Part shown: one piece after another, positions 1 through 9,796 of the stretch
How positions within the stretch are numbered: the stretch's first letter is position 1
Layout: each line of letters opens with the position of its first letter
DNA from: Spirochaetia bacterium
GTDB lineage: Bacteria; Spirochaetota; Spirochaetia; CADAEX01
Length of the DNA: 64,000 nt
Assembly (NCBI GenBank): GCA_963662795.1
Contig: OY759746.1
Span: forward strand, 2,240,001 to 2,304,000
Direction of reading: 5' to 3'
Made by a program: the position numbers and the translations under genes
The notes under the pieces: generated by a model
Seen by the model: the letters and a program-made list of their open reading frames with translations, nothing else
Database searches by the model: none
Told to the model about the DNA's origin: nothing

Positions 1-460
1 CGAGGGTGCGGGCGGCTTCCGGAAAAAGGTGGTCGAAGCACACCAGAAGGCCGATTTTTACGCCGTTTACAGTAAAAACAGGAAACCCCAGGTCTCCGGG
101 GGTAAAGAAGAGTTTTTCCTCGTGGAAAAGATGATTTTTCCTGTATGTCTTTATCTCCCCTTCCGGGGTAAAAAGCAGTGCGCTGTTATAAACCGCGCTC
201 CCGGATTTTTCGGCAAAGCCTGTGATAATTGTCATTTTTTTCCTGATGGCAAATTCTGCGAGTTTTTCGGTTGATTTTCCCGGAACAGCTTCCGAGAGTG
301 CAAGGACTTCCTGTTTATCGTTAAAAACATAGCCTGTGAGCGCAAGCTCGGGGAGGACCGCAAGGTCAGCTTCGCTCCCGGAAAGGGCATCTGTAATTTT
401 TTTCAGGTTCTGCTCCGGCTCACCTAAAACAGGTGCGAACTGATAGAATCCTGCTCTCAT
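1..460 (-). CDS. Carbon-nitrogen hydrolase (nitrilase superfamily), runs off the window edge
   Basis: Manual translation from ATG at 460: MRAGFYQFAPVLGEPEQNLKKI...ADLAVLPELALTGY (catalytic-Glu PE motif), later YRKIHLF; AGGAG RBS upstream. Not in the ORF track. Confidence 0.85.
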   Translation of the reverse strand, partial: MRAGFYQFAPVLGEPEQNLKKITDALSGSEADLAVLPELALTGYVFNDKQEVLALSEAVPGKSTEKLAEFAIRKKMTIITGFAEKSGSAVYNSALLFTPEGEIKTYRKNHLFHEEKLFFTPGDLGFPVFTVNGVKIGLLVCFDHLFPEAARTL

Positions 461-633
461 GTCTGTCTCCTTGAAAAAATTTAATAAATAGTATAGTATA
501 TATGATATATAAAAAGTCAATTATCCGCCGGCTTAGGCAGAAAAAACAACATTCAAAAAATTGTATATTTTCTTAGTTTTTAATATTTTTAAAGTATACT
601 TATTTAGTATCCTTTTGTTTTGGAGGAAAATTG

Positions 634-1734
634 ATGAGAAAATTAATTATTGGGACATTTATACTGCTTTTTGCTGCAGGCGGCGGGCTGTTTGCTGTGG
701 ATGTGACTGCGACCCTGCCTGGGATTACTTACCTTGGCACTCCTGTAGACATATCTGCATTATCTGCTGATTTAAATCTGGCAATTGCTGATGCAGAGAC
801 TGAACTTTCAAGGTTTGATAAAATGGACGATCTGGCAAGGGGATTTTCAAACGCCAATTCCTATGCCTCCGATGCAGCTACGACAAGGGGATTTATGGGA
901 TATAAGTTCCTCACTATTGCCGTAGGCACAATGGTAGGTTTTCAGATGCCGAGCAACAGCATGGATGCCCTGAGCGATACCATTTCAACCATAGAAGATG
1001 ACGGCGATGCCTATTTCGGGGCAGGGTATCAGGCATTGACTGTAAGCGTAGGTGTTAACGCAGGTTTTCTTATGGACGGGCTTTACCTTACAGGAAAGAT
1101 CGGAAAGTTTTCAACAGAGACTGATGATATAAAATACGATTCATTTGTATTCGGGCTTCTTGCGAACTACCAGCTTGTTGACCCCTTTTCTATCGGAATC
1201 CTTAAATGGAGAGGGCTGCAGGTGGGAAGCGGTATTGTATATTACAAAACTGTAGCGGAAATGACTTTAAATGTTGATCCTGTTGCAACACCTGTATCAA
1301 TTGATCCGGGAACTGGCGCTGTCCCAACCAATTTATACCTTGATCCTACAATTGTTGCAGAGATAACTTCTTCCGGGTTCAAGATACCGGTTGACCTGAT
1401 AACGGGGATAAGGCTTTTCTGGATAGCAAACCTTTCCTTCGGCCTCGGTGTCGACATGAATTTCGCAGGTAGCTCTGATATTGCGCTTAAGGCAGATGGA
1501 ACAACCTATATCGGAGATGAACTCACTTCTCTTCCGGATGTGGAGGTAACTCCAGGTTCTGTTAAAGTCGACGGCGGCACAGACGGCGACGGCGCGGATA
1601 TGTTCCGTTTAAGAGCCATGGCAGGCATCGGCTTCGGACTCGGCCCGCTCAAGATAGATATACCGTTTACATATTACTTTGACGGGACAGGGCTTGGAAC
1701 AAACATAGGACTCACAGGGGCGCTGACCCTTTAA
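634..1734 (+). CDS. Exported, probable outer-membrane beta-rich protein (spirochaetal Lsa36-like)
   Basis: Signal peptide, GGAGG RBS, many amphipathic beta-strands, ends in a beta-strand (IGLTGALTL). Family resemblance is from memory only. Confidence 0.55.
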   Translation: MRKLIIGTFILLFAAGGGLFAVDVTATLPGITYLGTPVDISALSADLNLAIADAETELSRFDKMDDLARGFSNANSYASDAATTRGFMGYKFLTIAVGTMVGFQMPSNSMDALSDTISTIEDDGDAYFGAGYQALTVSVGVNAGFLMDGLYLTGKIGKFSTETDDIKYDSFVFGLLANYQLVDPFSIGILKWRGLQVGSGIVYYKTVAEMTLNVDPVATPVSIDPGTGAVPTNLYLDPTIVAEITSSGFKIPVDLITGIRLFWIANLSFGLGVDMNFAGSSDIALKADGTTYIGDELTSLPDVEVTPGSVKVDGGTDGDGADMFRLRAMAGIGFGLGPLKIDIPFTYYFDGTGLGTNIGLTGALTL

Positions 1735-1780
1735 TATCTATTTAAAAAGGAAAAAGCTTTAACATAATTATAATGCATCG

Positions 1781-1812
1781 GGGTATCGGCCATTGCGGCT
1801 GATACCCTTTTT
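1781..1812 (+). terminator. Intrinsic terminator
   Basis: GGGTATCGGCC-attgc-GGCTGATACCC hairpin followed by a T tract. Confidence 0.8.
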
Positions 1813-1865
1813 CTTTATCCGGCAAAATGTGATATAGTATATTTATAACATAACTGCGGTTAAGG

Positions 1866-2984
1866 ATGGAAAAAATGCTTGAGAATAAGATAGCTTTAGA
1901 AAAACTCACGGAAAGGGTTTACCCCAGGGTGGAAGACGAGAGAGGTTTTTACTTCCGCGACATCACGGCAATAATACATTCCTATCCGTTCAGGCGGCTC
2001 AAGCATAAAACGCAGGTGTTTTTCTCTCCAAAGAACGACCATATCTGCACGCGGATAGAGCATGTAATGCATGTGGCGACAATATCTGTGACAATCTGCA
2101 AGGCGCTGTCGCTTGAAAGCGATCTTGCCTGGGCAATCAGCCTTGCCCATGATCTCGGCCATACTCCGTTCGGGCATACTGGAGAACACATTATTTCATC
2201 CCTGCTTGCGGATCAGGGCGGGTTTAAACACGAGGGGTACTCTCTCCGTGTAGTTGACCATCTTATAAACTACGGGAAAGGGCTTAACCTTACATATGCT
2301 GTGAGGGACGGAATAATCAACCACTGCGGCGAGGTTTTTGAACAGAGCTACCGGCCCGATTTTACGATAAAGGTCCTCTCCGCTCTTGAGGGAAGGTCGG
2401 CTTACCCTTCGACATGGGAAGGGGTGGCGGTAAGGGCCTCGGACAGGATCGCATATCTGGGACGCGATCTTGAGGATGCCCTGCAGTTAAAAATTATTGA
2501 CAGAAAGCAGATCCCTTCGGTTGTGGCAGAGACACTCGGCAAAAGCAACAGCGAAATGATTGACACACTTGTTAAAGACGTTATCCGCTATGCCGGTAAA
2601 AACGGGAAAATAGGCTTTTCGGATGCGGTTTATAACGCGATGATTGTGCTGAAAGACTTTAACTACAAGAATATCTACAACAGCAGCGTGCTTGAGGATT
2701 TTCACAAGTTTATCGAACGGGTGCTTAAAACACTCTGGGAATATCTCTCCTCGATTTTTGAAAAATACGGCTATGAGTATGAAAAATATAAAGAGGAAAA
2801 AACAATGCTAGCCTCCCGCTTCAGCGACTTTCTTTCCAAGATGGAGGATTTCTATAAAAACACGGAGAAGTCAGATAAAAATGTTGTGCTTGACTACGTA
2901 GCAGGGATGACTGACGCCTATGCCCTTGACTGCATATCGGAGCTCTACCTTCCAGGGAAGTTTTTCTACAATTTTTACACCTGA
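1866..2984 (+). CDS. dgt: Deoxyguanosinetriphosphate triphosphohydrolase-like HD protein
   Basis: FRRLKHKTQVF, TRIEH, AHDLGHTPFGH, D-R-IAY and DYVAGMTD motifs. Confidence 0.88.
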   Translation: MEKMLENKIALEKLTERVYPRVEDERGFYFRDITAIIHSYPFRRLKHKTQVFFSPKNDHICTRIEHVMHVATISVTICKALSLESDLAWAISLAHDLGHTPFGHTGEHIISSLLADQGGFKHEGYSLRVVDHLINYGKGLNLTYAVRDGIINHCGEVFEQSYRPDFTIKVLSALEGRSAYPSTWEGVAVRASDRIAYLGRDLEDALQLKIIDRKQIPSVVAETLGKSNSEMIDTLVKDVIRYAGKNGKIGFSDAVYNAMIVLKDFNYKNIYNSSVLEDFHKFIERVLKTLWEYLSSIFEKYGYEYEKYKEEKTMLASRFSDFLSKMEDFYKNTEKSDKNVVLDYVAGMTDAYALDCISELYLPGKFFYNFYT

Positions 2985-3046
2985 TCGGGCAGGCAGCTGC
3001 GCCCCGGGGTAAGAAATTGTTTCCCCTTAAGACTCCGGCCTGATTT

Positions 3047-3232
3047 TCAGCAAGGCCCGCTTTTCTTCATCAGAAAATGGGTCACATTCCAGATATTCCC
3101 TTTTCCGTACCCGAATACAACAGCTGATGAAAGAAAAAAGAGCCTCCACCTGTTCCACCAGCGCTGAGCGTCATTTCCGTAGGTGTTTTCCAGTACACTC
3201 ATAATATCTTTTTTATTTGAAAAATTATTCAA
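3047..3232 (-). pseudogene. C-terminal remnant of a cyclopropane-synthase/coclaurine-N-methyltransferase-like SAM methyltransferase
   Basis: WWNRWRLFF...FGYGKG..W.VTHFL resembles the family C-terminus; no N-terminal SAM-binding domain is present. Confidence 0.55.
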
Positions 3233-3415
3233 ATAATATTAAAATATTTCTATATATAATAATAAAGATGCTGCAAAAACACGCCGAAATCCTAAAAAAT
3301 AAAAAAATGTTATTATGGTTTTTATATTCATTTTTATTGAATTTTCAAGCGCATCGCAGATTGCAGTCTACAAACCTTTTTCCGGAGATGTATATCCGGC
3401 CGGGACAGACAGGGG

Positions 3416-3734
3416 GTGCTGCTGCTGTTACGGCACCGGAACTCAATGGAAGCTGACGGCACCAGAACCATATTAAGGCATGTATATTCACATCCTGACG
3501 GGCGCCCCGCTACAACAGAAGAAGTTGTTCTTGAAAATGGGGAACTTGCGGACTTTACAGTTGATTTTCCGGAAACTGACGAATGCGGCTGCAGGCTTGA
3601 GAGGAAAGGGGAAACTCTTAAATTCAGTTTTACGAGGAGCGATAAGAACAGAACAGAACAGAACAGGAGAAAATGAATATCTTTCAACATTAGCCACAGG
3701 CCCTGCATTAAACAGCTTTATAATTAATGGTTGA
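3416..3734 (+). pseudogene. Frameshifted hypothetical gene remnant
   Basis: Two overlapping protein-like ORF pieces switch frame at an (AGAAC)4 tract, then end at a TGA (3732-3734). Confidence 0.45.
3645..3664 (+). repeat. (AGAAC)4 pentanucleotide tandem repeat
   Basis: Read directly: agaac agaac agaac agaac. Confidence 0.9.
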
Positions 3735-4281
3735 AATCCACAGGAAAAGCCTGCTTCAGACAGAAGTTGGCGGGAAAATCGAAAACCCTGTTGTGAATAT
3801 TTATTATAATTACGGAGCCTGAAATGATTATTAAGATAATTGAGCTGATTAAGGAAAACCTGTGACTGATATTATTTACTCCATGGGGTATACCGCTCGG
3901 ATATTTCCGGAGTAAATTCCGGAAGATAGTGTATAAAACAGACAGCTGGATGATAAATATCAAGCCCTGTTTTATAAAAGAGACTAAAGCGCTTTTTGTT
4001 ACCCTGTCCCCTGATGATGAAGACTATATAAGGATAAGGAATTTTTACAGGATTTATCTCACGGTTTATTTACTGCTGTTTCTCTCCTGGTATTTTCTTG
4101 CCTGATAATAACTGATAAAGTGGGAAGCATCCCTGCCGCTGCTCTTGAGTATTATGGTGGTAGAATATAATATTTCACCGTTGGAATAATTACCATTAAT
4201 AGATTTATCGTGATGGAAATTCCTGGAAAATTCTGGTATATCTCATACGAATTAATCTGATTTTTTATGTGGAGGGGCGTT

Positions 4282-5118
4282 TTGAAGTTTGTCTCAGGAA
4301 TTAAATGCAGTGACAGGAATGATCGCGGGCTCTGGTTTATTTTCAGCAGGAATAAAATGCTTTATGCAAAGGATGGGGAGAAGATAACCGTACCTCAGCT
4401 TTTATCGCCCTCGGAACTGGGACTGAAAACAACGCCCCCGGTATATTTCGGACAGGCTGACGGGGTAAGCTGCTGGACCGCTGAGCTGCTTGATACAGAT
4501 GATAACATCGCTGACTGCAGCGGCTGTCCTGAAAATACTGATTTTAAAAATCTGCGCGAGCTTTATCCACTGCTTGGAGATGAAATATTCTCTCTCGCAG
4601 GACGGGCCCTTCAATTGAACAACTGGAATATAAGCTGGCAGTACTGCCCCTCCTGCGGCGGCCCGCTTGATAATTCCAAAGAAGAAAGGGCAAAAGTCTG
4701 CGGCAAATGTTCAAAACCGTATTATCCTGTAATATCGCCGGCTATAATCGTAGCAGTTTCAAAAGACGACAGAATCCTTCTTGCAAGAAATCTTAGACAT
4801 GTAAGTTTTAAAAGGTTCAGCATACTTGCCGGTTTTGTCGAGCCGGGCGAATCGCTTGAGGAAACAGTAGCGCGGGAAGTTGAGGAAGAAGTTAACATTA
4901 AGGTAAAAAACATTAAATACTACGCAAGCCAGAGCTGGCCCTTTCCCCATTCACTGATGCTGGGATTCACTGCTGACTATGATTCAGGCGAGATCAGGGC
5001 TGACGGAATCGAGATAGGCGAGGCTGACTGGTTCAGGGCTGACAATCTTCCTGAAATACCGCCCCACGGGAGCATCAGCAGAATACTTATAGACAATTTT
5101 GTCAAAAATAATTCCTGA
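4282..5118 (+). CDS. nudC: NADH pyrophosphatase
   Basis: Zn ribbon CPSCG...CGKC, Nudix box GFVEPGESLEETVAREVEEE, SQSWPFPHSLM signature; TTG start after GGAGG. Confidence 0.93.
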   Translation: MKFVSGIKCSDRNDRGLWFIFSRNKMLYAKDGEKITVPQLLSPSELGLKTTPPVYFGQADGVSCWTAELLDTDDNIADCSGCPENTDFKNLRELYPLLGDEIFSLAGRALQLNNWNISWQYCPSCGGPLDNSKEERAKVCGKCSKPYYPVISPAIIVAVSKDDRILLARNLRHVSFKRFSILAGFVEPGESLEETVAREVEEEVNIKVKNIKYYASQSWPFPHSLMLGFTADYDSGEIRADGIEIGEADWFRADNLPEIPPHGSISRILIDNFVKNNS

Positions 5119-5173
5119 CTCCGCACTTGAGCGGTATCGGAACGGCAGCGCGGAAAAAGCGGAGGTTTTGTCT

Positions 5174-6520
5174 GTGGAAATGGATGATATTATTGATGAC
5201 GGCAGGAAATATCTTTTTTACCCCTGGAAAAAACAGGATTCGGCATCACCTCCTGTAATTGAGAAAGCCGAAGGCTGCTGTTTTTGGGACAGGGACGGAA
5301 AAACATATCTTGACATGTCTTCCCAGCTTGTCAACATGAACCTGGGCCATGGAAACAGGGAAATAATTGACGCGATAAAAACCCAGGCAGAAAAACTGGC
5401 CTTTATGGCACCCCAGTATCCCCTTGATGTCAGATCTCATCTCGCAAAAATAATAATCGAGGAAATTGCCCCTGATAACATGGGTAAGGTTTTTTTCACG
5501 CTTGGAGGCAGCGACGCCAATGAGCATGCCTTAAGAATCGCAAGGGCTTTTACAGGGAAGCACAAGGTATTAAGCAGGTACAGATCCTATCACGGAGCGA
5601 CCGCAGGCTCTGCCAACTTAAGCGGCGAACCGAGAAGATTTCCGTCGGAACCGGGAATGCCGGGTTTTGTCAAATTCTTTGATCCGTATCTGTACCGTGA
5701 AACGATTGACTTTAAAAGCGAAAAGGAAGCCTCGCAGTATTACCTTGCTAAACTTGAAGAGCAGATACTCTATGAGGGGCCTGATCAGATTGCTGCAGTT
5801 TTTATTGAAACAATTACCGGCACAAACGGTGTTATAATCCCTCCTGACGGATATCTTGAAGGACTACGCGATATCTGCACCAGATACGGTATACTTTTAA
5901 TCTGTGATGAGGTAATGACAGGCTGGGGAAGGACGGGGGAGTGGTTCGCGTTCATGCACTGGAAAATAAAGCCTGATATCATCACCTTCGCGAAAGGGAT
6001 CACATGCGGATATGTACCTCTCGGCGGCGTTATTGTCAGCAGGGAAATCAGCTCCTATTTTGATGAAATTAATTTTGTAGGAGGGCTTACATACAGTGCC
6101 CATCCAATCGGATGCGCGGCCGGAATTGCTGCGATAGGCGCCTACAGAAAATATAATGTATTTGCAAATGTCAGAAACATGGAAAAAGTGCTGATCCGGG
6201 AACTTGAAGCCCTTAAGCAGAAACATGAATGTCTCGGTGATGTAAGGGTAAAAGGGCTCTTCGGCATGATTGAGCTTGTAAAGGACAAGAAAACAAAAGA
6301 GCCGCTTGTCCCTTTCAATTCCGACCCGCAGGGGATAATGGGAAAAATAATCTCAAGGCTTTTAAATGAAGGCTTTGCCACATACAGCCACGAGAACATG
6401 ATCTCTGTCTCTCCCCCCCTGATAATAACTGAAGAAGAAATAATTGAAGCCTGCGGGATACTCGATAGAGTGCTTACCTGGGTAGACAGTGAGTACTGCA
6501 GGAGAGATGGAATTGTATAA
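5174..6520 (+). CDS. Class III PLP aminotransferase, taurine/beta-alanine:2-oxoglutarate transaminase (Toa/PydD)-like
   Basis: SSQLVN, YRSYHG, PYLYR, EGP..IAA, DEVMTGWGRTG, ITFAKG (PLP Lys), GGLTYSAHP; GGAGG RBS at 5161 favours GTG 5174 or ATG 5180. Confidence 0.8.
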   Translation: MEMDDIIDDGRKYLFYPWKKQDSASPPVIEKAEGCCFWDRDGKTYLDMSSQLVNMNLGHGNREIIDAIKTQAEKLAFMAPQYPLDVRSHLAKIIIEEIAPDNMGKVFFTLGGSDANEHALRIARAFTGKHKVLSRYRSYHGATAGSANLSGEPRRFPSEPGMPGFVKFFDPYLYRETIDFKSEKEASQYYLAKLEEQILYEGPDQIAAVFIETITGTNGVIIPPDGYLEGLRDICTRYGILLICDEVMTGWGRTGEWFAFMHWKIKPDIITFAKGITCGYVPLGGVIVSREISSYFDEINFVGGLTYSAHPIGCAAGIAAIGAYRKYNVFANVRNMEKVLIRELEALKQKHECLGDVRVKGLFGMIELVKDKKTKEPLVPFNSDPQGIMGKIISRLLNEGFATYSHENMISVSPPLIITEEEIIEACGILDRVLTWVDSEYCRRDGIV

Positions 6521-7226
6521 AAATCATAACCTCGGTTGACATATCTGATAAAATATTAACCGGGGTGTATTATGGATCCTTACCAGAAAAGAATAGTGAA
6601 TAAAAAAATCAAAGTCATTGAACATGACCAAAAAACAGAAAACGTTTCTTTAACCTGCAGATACTTTGGAATATCAAGACAAACCTTTTATGAATGAAAA
6701 AGAGCTTATGAAGAAATTGGAGAAGCTGCTTTTGTAAATAAAAGCCAGGTTTTCCATCAGGCAGCAGTCCTCTCCAGACAGCTCCACCAATTGCCCTAAA
6801 AAATCATTTATTTAAGAAAAAAATATCATTTTGGAGCTGTGAGAATTTCATGGTATCTAAAACGCTATCATAGAATAAAAATCAGTTCAGGAGGTGTTTA
6901 TTACACCTTAAAACGAAATGGACTTAATCTCCTGCCAAAAAACCTGAGAAAACGTTCTATTCCGTCGTTTCAAAGATATGAGAAGCTTACTTCCGGGTCA
7001 TCATGTTCAGGTTGACGTTAAATTCTTATTCTTTTATGATGAAAATGGCAAAAGAATCAAGCGTTTCCAGTATACTGCAATTGATGATTCGACCAGAGTA
7101 AGGGCTTTAAAAATATACAAGCGACATACTCAGGAAAATGCGGTTGATTTTATAAATTACATTATTTCGTCATTTTCTTTTAGAATCCATACTATCCGAA
7201 CTGACAATGGTCATGACCCACACATT
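6514..7226 (+). mobile_element. IS481-family insertion sequence remnant (transposase pseudogene)
   Basis: TGT end, ATG 6572 HTH (CRYFGISRQTFYE*K) with stop at 6695, frameshifts, rve core PGHHVQVDVKF..QYTAIDDSTR..IRTDNG truncated at about 7216. Confidence 0.85.
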
Positions 7227-8060
7227 TTACACAATGTAAAGTTTAATACCTTTTTCCTTGAAAATATTTTGAAACTCAGAAGATATCTTTGAATCAGTAA
7301 TTATAATATCAAATTCATCTATATCAGCAAAATATACATTTTGTACATTACCAAATTTTGATGAATCTACCAATAATATTTTTGTATGAGATGAAGCAAT
7401 AATTGCTTTTTTAATATTTACAACATAAGGATTTGAGCATGTTACACCTAGCTGTTCGCTCACTCCGCCAGCTGCGAAAAATGCCTTATTAAATCGATTT
7501 TTGCGTAAAAGATTAATACTTTCTTCACATTCAAACACAAGAGTTTCTTCATGAAAATATCCTCCAGGGAAAATAATATCACAACCTTTTTTCATCTGAA
7601 TATTTACAAGTACATAGAATGCATGACATCCCACAATAAGATTTTTATTTTCAGGAATATTTCTTGATAGATACTCCATTGTTGAACCTGAATCAATATA
7701 GATATTATCACCTTCTTCAATTAACTCTATTGCTTTATTAACTATACGTATTTTTTCATCAACATTTCGATGTATTTCTGTTGGGAGATCATAGGTAACT
7801 TCATTTTTCTGATAAGTCTGCTGTTTATCACAATATTTATTGTACATAACGACTCCATTGATAACTGTAACAATATTTCTTTCATTCAATAACATTACAT
7901 CTCTATAAATAGTCATTTTAGTTACACCACAAAATTTAGCTAACTCATTTATAGTTATTATTTTATCTTTTTTTAGTTTAAATATTATTCTATTAAGCCG
8001 TAATGTTTTTTTGTTAGTATCCCCAATGTTTTCATTATTTCTATGGTTAGTTTCTATCAT
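7227..8060 (-). CDS. DeoR/GlpR-family transcriptional regulator
   Basis: HTH ELAKFCGVTKMTIYRD, DSGST, DSSKFG, IITDS. Confidence 0.92.
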   Translation of the reverse strand: MIETNHRNNENIGDTNKKTLRLNRIIFKLKKDKIITINELAKFCGVTKMTIYRDVMLLNERNIVTVINGVVMYNKYCDKQQTYQKNEVTYDLPTEIHRNVDEKIRIVNKAIELIEEGDNIYIDSGSTMEYLSRNIPENKNLIVGCHAFYVLVNIQMKKGCDIIFPGGYFHEETLVFECEESINLLRKNRFNKAFFAAGGVSEQLGVTCSNPYVVNIKKAIIASSHTKILLVDSSKFGNVQNVYFADIDEFDIIITDSKISSEFQNIFKEKGIKLYIV

Positions 8061-8175
8061 TTATAATATTACCTCAAAAAATAAATAAAAATATTAATGC
8101 TAAATATATTTATACATTAGAAAATAAAAAAGTAAACTGGTTTTTTTATAAAATGTTAATTTATTAAAAAAAAAT

Positions 8176-8204
8176 TTGACAGTTATAACAATCAATGATA
8201 AAAT
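8176..8204 (+). promoter_or_regulatory. Sigma70 promoter of the tct cassette
   Basis: TTGACA-17 nt-TAAAAT with extended TGn, followed by a TAGGAGG RBS. Confidence 0.75.
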
Positions 8205-8243
8205 AATAACAATTAACTGTTATGGTTTTTTAGGAGGTATTAG

Positions 8244-9203
8244 ATGAAAAGAATAATAATGTCAATTGTTATTGTAATCCTGCTTACTCAAACGGCATGG
8301 TCTGCGGGTCAATCAGAAAAAGAATATCCAAGTAAGCCGATTCAGGTCGTTGTGCCTTATAGTGCTGGAGGCGGAACAGATATATTTGCCCGAACTGTTC
8401 TACGATATACTGATCTCAATGATGATATTGTGGTGAAAAATATTGCTGGTGGCGGTGCTAAACTTGGTACGATGGAGGTCATTAACAGTAAAGCTGATGG
8501 ATACACATTGCTTTCACATGTTATGGCGATCGCAATAGGTTATCATGCTGGACTATATGATACACCTCCATGGGAAAAGTTAGATCCTATTTGTTCGATA
8601 ACAGTTGAAGATAGTGGAATTTCTGTAAAAGCTGATTCACCTTGGAAAACAATAGATGATTTAATCAATTATGCTAAAGAAAATCCTGGGAAATTGAGAT
8701 TGGGGTTTGCTGGTGTAGGTGGAACAACTCATTCAGTTAGTGCGATTTTTGCAATGAAAGCTGGAATTGATGTAAATTTTACGCCATTTAAGGGCGGTGC
8801 AGACTCTCGGGTAGCATTGGCAGGTGGTCATATTGATGCAATTAGTACACAAGTTTCAGAAGTTATTGACTTAGTTGAAGCAGGAGAACTTCGTATGCTT
8901 GTTACTACGGGGTCGAAAAGACACTATCTTGTCCCAAATGTCCCTACTTTAAAAGAAAGTGGAATTGATTTTGTGTTTCAGGTCTGGAGAGGGTTCTTTG
9001 CGCCTAAAGGCACTCCGCAGAATATTTTAAATACCCTTGAAAAATCAATGGAGAATGCAACCAAGAATAAGGAATTTGTGGAAGTAATGAAGAAATTAGG
9101 TTATGAAATCGAATTTAGGGGATCGGAAAAATTCTTGGATGAAATAAAAAGGAATCATGTAGAATTCGCAAAAATAAGTGATATTTTAAAAGGTGAAAAG
9201 TAA
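8244..9203 (+). CDS. tctC: Tripartite tricarboxylate transporter substrate-binding protein
   Basis: YPSKPIQVVVPYSAGGGTD, PFKGGA, LAGGHID, WRGFFAPKGTP; signal peptide. Confidence 0.93.
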   Translation: MKRIIMSIVIVILLTQTAWSAGQSEKEYPSKPIQVVVPYSAGGGTDIFARTVLRYTDLNDDIVVKNIAGGGAKLGTMEVINSKADGYTLLSHVMAIAIGYHAGLYDTPPWEKLDPICSITVEDSGISVKADSPWKTIDDLINYAKENPGKLRLGFAGVGGTTHSVSAIFAMKAGIDVNFTPFKGGADSRVALAGGHIDAISTQVSEVIDLVEAGELRMLVTTGSKRHYLVPNVPTLKESGIDFVFQVWRGFFAPKGTPQNILNTLEKSMENATKNKEFVEVMKKLGYEIEFRGSEKFLDEIKRNHVEFAKISDILKGEK

Positions 9204-9234
9204 GAGGAAAGAATAGTTTCTTCACTAAAATTAA

Positions 9235-9276
9235 GTAAATTGTTCCGGTGTAATTATTATGCTGGAACAATTTTAC
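9235..9276 (+). promoter_or_regulatory. Intergenic stem-loop after tctC (mRNA stabiliser/attenuator)
   Basis: AATTGTTCCGGTGTAAT / ATTATGCTGGAACAATT inverted repeat with G-U pairs. Confidence 0.55.
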
Positions 9277-9294
9277 TTTAAAAGGGTAGGTAAA

Positions 9295-9777
9295 ATGAAT
9301 GCATTGAAATCTGATACAAATATTGGATTTTTTATACTATTGGTAAGTATATTATTTTTCGCAGGTAGTTTTTCCATTAAGCAAAGCACTTTTTCTGCAC
9401 CCATGGCTACTGCAACTTTTTTCCCGAGAGTTGTCAGTATACTATTGGCTATTTCCAGTATCAACCTGATTATTAAAGACTATTTGAAAAAAAAGAAATC
9501 AAAAGGTCGGGTACAATCCAAAAAAATGAACGGGAGTAGTGAGAAATATGTACAGTACATGATCGGTGCAACAGCTATCTATATTTTATTGATACCAATC
9601 ATTGGGTATTTAATTTCTACAATTATTTATATGATCAGCAGCTGCTTATTTTTAGGCGCGGCATTTATTAAAAAACGATGGGTAACTATTTTAATTGCAA
9701 TTTCGATTAGTGTTTTTTCCTATTTGTTATTTACGAAGATTCTTATAGTTTTATTACCAAGCGGGGTTTTTATCTAA
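9295..9777 (+). CDS. tctB: TTT small membrane subunit
   Basis: Four to five TM segments, FFPR motif, LPSG end; lies between tctC and tctA. Confidence 0.88.
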   Translation: MNALKSDTNIGFFILLVSILFFAGSFSIKQSTFSAPMATATFFPRVVSILLAISSINLIIKDYLKKKKSKGRVQSKKMNGSSEKYVQYMIGATAIYILLIPIIGYLISTIIYMISSCLFLGAAFIKKRWVTILIAISISVFSYLLFTKILIVLLPSGVFI

Positions 9778-9796
9778 TGGAAGAGGATGGTTAGAG

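Noticed and set aside
3732-6697. TGA at apparent Trp positions (3732, 6695) suggesting an alternative genetic code or selenocysteine
   Set aside because: Intact genes use TGG for Trp and TGA as a true stop; both sites are in otherwise broken pseudogenes.
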